Shown one piece after another: positions 58,185 through 64,000 of a stretch of DNA of 64,000 nucleotides (positions are counted from its first letter, which is position 1; every line of letters starts with the position of its first letter). Location of the stretch: the NCBI GenBank assembly GCA_964568625.1, contig CAZMQG010000002.1:9237-73236 (forward strand). Direction: 5' to 3'. This stretch comes from an uncultured Pseudomonadota bacterium. GTDB lineage: Bacteria > Babelota > Babeliae > Babelales > RVW-14. The position numbers and the translations under genes were made by a program. The notes beneath the pieces are model-generated. The model was not told the DNA's origin. It did no database searches and saw only the letters and a program-made list of their open reading frames with translations.

Positions 58185-58793
58185 ATGCTTAATAAAAAAT
58201 TAATTCTAATTTTTATTTATTTTATAACATACTCGCTTAATGCTATTGATCCGTTTTCACATATAAAAATTACTAGTAATAAGGCTGTTTGCGAAAAGGA
58301 TAAAGAGAATTCACATACTTTCAGATTTAAATATCTTGAAAAAGTTAATGTTATATTAGCAGATGGAAGTCAAATTACATCTGAATCTCTTGAAGTTGTA
58401 CTGGATAGTAAGAGTGCTAAAGATCCTAATGATTTGAGTAAAAAACATGGCGAAAAAAATAGAAAAAATAAATCCAAAGAGAAGAAGTCTGGAGATCTAT
58501 CGCACATAAAACAGATTACATTTAAGAATAATGTTCAAATTTCTAACCAAAATAGGCGTGCACAGTCGGATTCAGCTATAATTAATCTTTTTGATAACAC
58601 ATGTTTGCTTGCCGGCAACGTAAAAATTAAACAAACAAAAATGGCTCAGAATGATGTTCCTGTGGATATTCAGAGTACTCAGGCGTTAATTAATCTTAAG
58701 ACTTCTCAGGTTACGTTGCTAGGAAGTAGTGAAGAGCCAGTAAGTACTATAATTGAACTTAATAAAAATGTTATGGCATCTAAGAAAAAGTAA
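58185..58793 (+). CDS. lptA: LptA/OstA-like periplasmic protein
   Basis: Signal peptide, IKITSNKA, ITFKNNVQI, AQSDSAII, LLAGNVKIKQ beta-jellyroll pattern. Confidence 0.55.
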   Translation: MLNKKLILIFIYFITYSLNAIDPFSHIKITSNKAVCEKDKENSHTFRFKYLEKVNVILADGSQITSESLEVVLDSKSAKDPNDLSKKHGEKNRKNKSKEKKSGDLSHIKQITFKNNVQISNQNRRAQSDSAIINLFDNTCLLAGNVKIKQTKMAQNDVPVDIQSTQALINLKTSQVTLLGSSEEPVSTIIELNKNVMASKKK

Positions 58794-58801
58794 CTTAAAA
58801 A

Positions 58802-60784
58802 ATGAACAAAATTAAAGTTCTGGCTTTTGATCAGGCACAAAAGATTGCAGCCGGAGAGGTTATAGAACGTCCTGTTAACGTTGTCAAAGAAGTTATTGAA
58901 AATTCTATTGATGCCGGAGCTACTCAAGTTTACTTGTATATAGAAAAAGCTGGCAAACAACTTATTCGCGTTGTGGATAATGGTTGCGGTATGTCTGTGA
59001 CTGATGCAAAAAATTGCTTCTTGTCACATGCTACCAGCAAAATATCTAATATCGATGAGCTTGAGACTATTGATTCGTATGGGTTTAGAGGAGAGGCTCT
59101 TGCCAGCATTAGCGCAATTAGCAAAATAAAATTAATTACGCGACCTACCATTTGTCATCCTGCCGTGTCCGCCATAGCTGAAAGCGAAGGCCGGGAACTT
59201 GAGTCAGGATCTATTTTGCCACAAGAAAATGCGTCACTTGGTGTTGAGATAGAGTATGAAAATTCAAGATTAATTTCGGAAAAATCTATTTCGTGTAATT
59301 TTGGAACTGATCTTCAAATTCATGACCTGTTTTATAATATTCCCGTGCGTAAGAAATTTTTGAAGCAAGATGAAACTGAGTGGAATCAGGTGCAGACACT
59401 TTTTTATGCTTTCTGTCTGAGTCACTTAAAAATTCACTTTAAGCTTTATAATGATGGGAAGCTTGTTTTAAATGCTCCTCCTGTTAATAGTATTCAGGAT
59501 AGAATAACGCAAATTTGGGATCACAATTTTTCACAAAATTTAATTGAGTTAGGGGCCAAGCCCAATAATAACTTATTACAAGCTGATGCTTCTCAGGAGC
59601 AGTCTAATGATTTGTTACCGGGCTGGATTAAGTTCAGAGGTTGTATATCTAACCACAATTTTTGGCGTTATGGTCGAACTCATATATTTTTTTTCGTTAA
59701 CAATCGTTGGGTAAAAAACCCAGAACTTTCTAAGGGTTTGCTAAAGGGTTATCTAAATGTTTTGCCCCATGATAAATTTCCGGCAGCGTTTATTTTTATT
59801 GATATAGACAAGACTCTTGTTGATATTAATTGCCATCCAAAAAAAGAAGAGGTTAGGTTTTTAAAACCCCTTACAGTTCAAAATATGTTACAAGAAATTG
59901 TAAAAAGTACATTGGCACAAAATCTATCAAAGCAGATTTTGCCGGGCTTTATAGGGCAAAATTTTGCAATACAAGATGTTGGTAGTCAAAATTCTACTCA
60001 AAATATTGAGCACGAACATAAAACCGAAAATTTACACACACAAGCTTTTTTGGAACAGCCAAATTTTCATAGACGACAAAACTTTTTTGGCCCTATTGTG
60101 GAGTCTTATTTAGAACCTTCACAAAGACAAACGAATTTGCCGGTTTATGGACAATCTTCTGTCACTGTTAACGTGAGCCAAACTCAAGCTGTTCAACCTG
60201 AGGTGCAGGCATACAAAATTATTGGACAACTTTTTAAAACATATATTTTAATCGAAAATAAAGATAATTTTGTGATCATTGATCAGCATGCGGCTCATGA
60301 ACGAATAATTTATGAAAATTTATTAAAGAATTTTGAGCATAAACAGGGAATAAGACTTTTGTTTCCTGAAATTTTAAATCTTACAGAACAACAAATTAAA
60401 TCTTTGCTTGAGTGTAAAGATTTTTTTAGTGAGCAGGGTATTGATTTTGAAGTGATCGGTAAAAATGATATTTCCATAAAAACCAGTCCGCCAAAAATTT
60501 CGAAAACATCTTTAAAAGAGCTTTTCATGCATGCTATAGAATTTATTCAGGAAAACGAGAAGCTTGATAAAGAGATTTTTCGTAAAAAACTTAATGAACA
60601 TATGCATTCACAAATTTCTTGTAAATCTGCTGTTAAGGCAGGAGATGAATTGACGTTTGCACAGATGCGGCAATTAATTGATGATCTTAATAAATGCGAA
60701 AATCGTATTATTTGCGTTCATGGCCGTCCCACAACATGGATTGTTAGCAAATTTGAAGTCGAGAAGAATTTTAAGCGTCGTTAA
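58802..60784 (+). CDS. mutL: DNA mismatch repair protein MutL
   Basis: KIAAGEVIERP, KEVIENSIDAGA, DNGCGM, HATSKI, GFRGEALASI, DQHAAHERI, CVHGRPT. Confidence 0.97.
   Translation: MNKIKVLAFDQAQKIAAGEVIERPVNVVKEVIENSIDAGATQVYLYIEKAGKQLIRVVDNGCGMSVTDAKNCFLSHATSKISNIDELETIDSYGFRGEALASISAISKIKLITRPTICHPAVSAIAESEGRELESGSILPQENASLGVEIEYENSRLISEKSISCNFGTDLQIHDLFYNIPVRKKFLKQDETEWNQVQTLFYAFCLSHLKIHFKLYNDGKLVLNAPPVNSIQDRITQIWDHNFSQNLIELGAKPNNNLLQADASQEQSNDLLPGWIKFRGCISNHNFWRYGRTHIFFFVNNRWVKNPELSKGLLKGYLNVLPHDKFPAAFIFIDIDKTLVDINCHPKKEEVRFLKPLTVQNMLQEIVKSTLAQNLSKQILPGFIGQNFAIQDVGSQNSTQNIEHEHKTENLHTQAFLEQPNFHRRQNFFGPIVESYLEPSQRQTNLPVYGQSSVTVNVSQTQAVQPEVQAYKIIGQLFKTYILIENKDNFVIIDQHAAHERIIYENLLKNFEHKQGIRLLFPEILNLTEQQIKSLLECKDFFSEQGIDFEVIGKNDISIKTSPPKISKTSLKELFMHAIEFIQENEKLDKEIFRKKLNEHMHSQISCKSAVKAGDELTFAQMRQLIDDLNKCENRIICVHGRPTTWIVSKFEVEKNFKRR
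59155..59213 (+). repeat. 59-bp palindromic element inserted in frame within mutL
   Basis: tcatcctgccgtgtccgccatagctgaaagcgaaggccgggaacttgagtcaggatcta aligns to the reverse complement of 327-385; lies within CHPAVSAIAESEGRELESGS. Confidence 0.8.
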
Positions 60785-60862
60785 CATGTTAATATTTTAA
60801 TATTGTTTATCTACGAATATTCAGAATTTTTAGGTTGTTTTATTTTGGCTGTTGTTACAATT

Positions 60863-61660
60863 CTAAAACAAGCTTGTTATTTTTATGATTTGCCTTACTA
60901 GTGGTTTTGATCCATATATTGTGGCCAGAAATCTTTTATCATAACTTAATATACCCTCTTGTCTGAAACAGTCGGGAGATTCATAACTTGAGGGGGTAGC
61001 CCATGCATGTATTTCTTTTACTTGATCGACCAAAAAAGATCCAACAAATTTTTCTGGGGCAATCTGAAAAATTTTTACGGTTTTTTCCTGGGATGAGTAT
61101 ATTGCAATATGCGTTGCTTCAGGATTAAACTTTATAATGTCGCCTACATTTATTTTGATAGAATTTATCCGTAAGTTAAGTTGGCAATAGCTTCTTCCTG
61201 TATTTATATCAATAATTGCTACCGGACCATTTATTAAGGCAATAGCCAAAAATAAACCGTTATTACTTAATTCTACGCAAGCAATACTGCCTGTGATTTC
61301 ATAAATTAGTTTTCCGTTTAAAATATTCCAAGCGCGAATGAAACTATCCCCAATAGCAAATAAAACTCTGTCATCAGGGCTCCATTTAATCCATGCCATA
61401 GATTTGATTCCCAAATCCATATTACGAATTTTACTTGTAATAGGGTCTATTATTTGCACGATTCCCGATATGCCTCTAAATGCAGATACCGCCAAAAGAT
61501 TTGATCTATTACCCCACTCCATTGTTATTACATTGTAAGGATTTAAACTGAAAAGTTTTTCTTTTGGATTGCTAACAAATTCTTGTTTTGCCATTGAATA
61601 TAATTGTAAATTGCCAAATAAAAAACAGAAATTTAGAAATATTATTTTTTTTATACTCAC
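60863..61660 (-). CDS. Secreted WD40-like repeat protein (about 5 visible blades)
   Basis: Signal peptide; WGNRSNLLAV, WSPDDRVLF, LSNNGLFLAI, FNPEATHIAI, LSYDKRFLAT. Confidence 0.7.
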   Translation of the reverse strand: MSIKKIIFLNFCFLFGNLQLYSMAKQEFVSNPKEKLFSLNPYNVITMEWGNRSNLLAVSAFRGISGIVQIIDPITSKIRNMDLGIKSMAWIKWSPDDRVLFAIGDSFIRAWNILNGKLIYEITGSIACVELSNNGLFLAIALINGPVAIIDINTGRSYCQLNLRINSIKINVGDIIKFNPEATHIAIYSSQEKTVKIFQIAPEKFVGSFLVDQVKEIHAWATPSSYESPDCFRQEGILSYDKRFLATIYGSKPLVRQIIKITSLF

Positions 61661-61880
61661 AACTTATCCTTTTAATAATTTGTCATAAAAAATTCGTATT
61701 TATTTAATTTGAAATATTACTGAGTCTTTAAAAATTGTAAATTATGTTTTAATAAAAAAAATATAGATTGCCAGATTAATAAAAATTAAGAAAAGTTTTA
61801 TTGATTTAAAAATGAGTGATGTTAAACTTTGCAAACATAATTCTACAGATAAGTTTTTTAATATAAATTTATGAGGCTTT

Positions 61881-62327
61881 ATGAAAATTTTAAGAATTTT
61901 ATTAATTTTATTTATAGCTTTTGAATTAATAAATGCAAAGCTCTCTGCGATGGTTGATGCACGACAAAATGATACAAAATTGATTGCGATGTTTACTGAA
62001 AAATTTAAATCTTCTGAAAGCTATTTCGATTCGCAGGCCTTTCCTCTTGATATTATTAAATCTATGGTCTGTCATATTAAAAGAGCCATTGAAGATCCAG
62101 AAAAAATCATACAAATGCGACAAAGGTTGTCTGAAGCGCCTTCTCAAGATGCCGATCTCATGATTTCAAATGAGGCTTTATTAAAAATTTTAAAAGAAAT
62201 TAAAGTAATAGAATCAATTCATATGATTGATTTATCTGATTTGGAGAGTAACCAACGAGTGAAAAAAATCATAATTCTTGCATTATGGGATTACACATAT
62301 TACGTGTGCAACAAATTTAATCAATAA
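61881..62327 (+). CDS. Secreted hypothetical protein
   Basis: GAGG RBS, signal peptide ending KLSA, helical body. Confidence 0.6.
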   Translation: MKILRILLILFIAFELINAKLSAMVDARQNDTKLIAMFTEKFKSSESYFDSQAFPLDIIKSMVCHIKRAIEDPEKIIQMRQRLSEAPSQDADLMISNEALLKILKEIKVIESIHMIDLSDLESNQRVKKIIILALWDYTYYVCNKFNQ

Positions 62328-62356
62328 TCTAAATCAACAAGCTAAAAAAATTTAGA

Positions 62357-64000
62357 TCAGTTACCAGTTCGGGCAAGTTCATCGACAATCAAACTAATTT
62401 CAGTTGCTAGCAATATTCGCTCAAATGGAATTGGGGGTTGAAAATTGGGTGCTTGTGTGGCTGTAAAGAATTCTTGTAACAATACTTCGTGTCCCTTATC
62501 TTGTGTTTTGCTGTGCATATCAAAGCTTTTGGATAAGCCAAAACCATTAAGTTCATAATAATCGTTCATGATAATTGATTTACCATCGAAGAATAACTCC
62601 ATGCGCTCTTTTCCAGATTCTGCATTTCCGACTGATGTATAAAGCAAAGAGCAGCAAGAGCCGTCTTTCATACTAATTTGGGCAACAAAATTATCAGTAG
62701 GTTTAACAGAATAGTTATTTGAATTTATTGATTCTACTGAAATTGATACTGGTTCTGAGTCAGTTAAAAAACAGAATAGTTCAAAAATATGACATGCTTC
62801 GCCTATAATTCGGCCACCGTTTGCAGGTGAATTAAGCCAGTGATCTTTTGGAATAAATCCTGCGTTCATACGATAGTTTATAAGCATTGGGTTGTTACGG
62901 TTTTTTACAACGTCTTTAATTTTTTTAACAAATGGTGAAAATGAGCGATTGAAGTCTACGCAGTACAAGACTTCTTTGTTTTGATTTAAAAACAGTTTTA
63001 GTTTTTCAAGTTGTTCATAATTTACTGCTGCAGGCTTTTCAACAAAAACTGCCTTGCCTGCCGTTAGACTATCAATTGTCTGGTCTGTGTGTAAAGAGTG
63101 CGGGGTGGCGATCAAAATTGCATTAACTTTGTCGTTATTAAGTAACTTTTTATAATCATTTCCGGTGTTTTGTACTTTATATTGATTTGCAATATTAATT
63201 AAATTTGTGACATTTGCATCGATCATTGAGTCAATTTGGACATTTTTTATTTTTGAAATAGCAGGAAGGAGTTTTATTTTACAAAAACCTCCAATTCCTA
63301 TAATTCCAAGTATTGTATTACTTTTTGAGATAAATTTTTTGGCTGTGCGTGAGGTGTTAGTTGTAGTATTTGATTGATTTAAAATTGTTGCTATTTCTTG
63401 CTCTAAATTTTCTCGAGCTGCTTTGTAACAAAGCACGATTCCGAGAGACTCTTTTGTTTGTAAGGATTGATATGCAGCTTCTACGTTGTTTAAATTAAAT
63501 TCACTTGAAACCAGTGGGTCAATTAATATTTTTTTCTCTTGAACAAGTTTGGCGAACAGCTCCATATTTCTGTTTTCAGTCCAGCGTACATAATCGTATG
63601 GATAATCAACTCCACGTTTTTCATAAGTGTCATCATAACGCCCTGGGCCGTAAGAGCAGGATATTAAAAAATCAATCTCTTTTGAATAAAATGGATCGCG
63701 ATCAAAGTCAATTTTTACATCACCAACAAGTATAACCTTGCCCTTGCGGCGAGTCATTTGCATTGCTTGTTGGATAATTTGTCCATCTTTACTGGCGGCG
63801 GTAATTATTGTTGTGTCAATGCCATTTTGGGATGTTGACCATTCGATTTCTTTTATGACATTGCAAATTTTTGGATTAAACACAAAGTCAGTGCCAAGAT
63901 TTTTTGCCAAATTTAAACGAGATTCTTGAATGTCAATTCCATAAACTTGGCATCCTGAAAGTTTTGCCAGCTGTGATGTCAGTTGTCCAATTAGGCCAAG
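62357..64000 (-). CDS. Bi-domain oxidoreductase (Zn-dependent ADH-like plus Gfo/Idh/MocA), 5'-truncated by window edge
   Basis: Frame is open to base 64000 (LGLIGQLTSQLAKLSGC); SCSYGPGRYD, VRWTENRNM, GIIGIGGF, VFVEKP, GGRIIGEACH. Confidence 0.88.
   Translation of the reverse strand, partial: LGLIGQLTSQLAKLSGCQVYGIDIQESRLNLAKNLGTDFVFNPKICNVIKEIEWSTSQNGIDTTIITAASKDGQIIQQAMQMTRRKGKVILVGDVKIDFDRDPFYSKEIDFLISCSYGPGRYDDTYEKRGVDYPYDYVRWTENRNMELFAKLVQEKKILIDPLVSSEFNLNNVEAAYQSLQTKESLGIVLCYKAARENLEQEIATILNQSNTTTNTSRTAKKFISKSNTILGIIGIGGFCKIKLLPAISKIKNVQIDSMIDANVTNLINIANQYKVQNTGNDYKKLLNNDKVNAILIATPHSLHTDQTIDSLTAGKAVFVEKPAAVNYEQLEKLKLFLNQNKEVLYCVDFNRSFSPFVKKIKDVVKNRNNPMLINYRMNAGFIPKDHWLNSPANGGRIIGEACHIFELFCFLTDSEPVSISVESINSNNYSVKPTDNFVAQISMKDGSCCSLLYTSVGNAESGKERMELFFDGKSIIMNDYYELNGFGLSKSFDMHSKTQDKGHEVLLQEFFTATQAPNFQPPIPFERILLATEISLIVDELARTGN

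Noticed and set aside
62357-64000. Bi-domain oxidoreductase as a novel fusion
   Set aside because: This MDR plus Gfo/Idh/MocA fusion is a familiar type from surface-polysaccharide loci

Overview
AT-rich bacterial chromosomal window with no rRNA, tRNA, CRISPR, transposase or phage genes recognised. Many signal-peptide hypothetical proteins carry eukaryote-like modules (ubiquitin-like, PPP phosphatase, WD40, NLS-like tail), alongside nutrient importers and diderm envelope genes (bamA, mlaD, lptC/lptA-like, kdsB). This suggests an intracellular, protist-associated diderm, most like Candidatus Dependentiae/Babeliae (inference only). Housekeeping genes: bioY (partial), APC permease, gpmI, rsmE, tsaB, bamA, psd, rpe, a double-domain ddl, kdsB, a pseudouridine synthase, comF, mutL and a partial bi-domain oxidoreductase. 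The dominant feature is a co-oriented run from 21163 to 53393: type II secretion gspF-G-H-I-J-K, a long MCE/MlaD, then seven paralogous secreted proteins sharing a beta-helix-like scaffold. Into one site of that scaffold are inserted 0, 28, 21, 21, 21, 21 and 14 WD40-like blades (my manual counts, all multiples of 7), with variable aromatic loops and mosaic DNA identity between paralogues. A family of GC-rich palindromic elements is also present, with one 59-bp copy inserted in frame in the mutL ATPase domain. All calls come from reading motifs by eye; no database searches were run.
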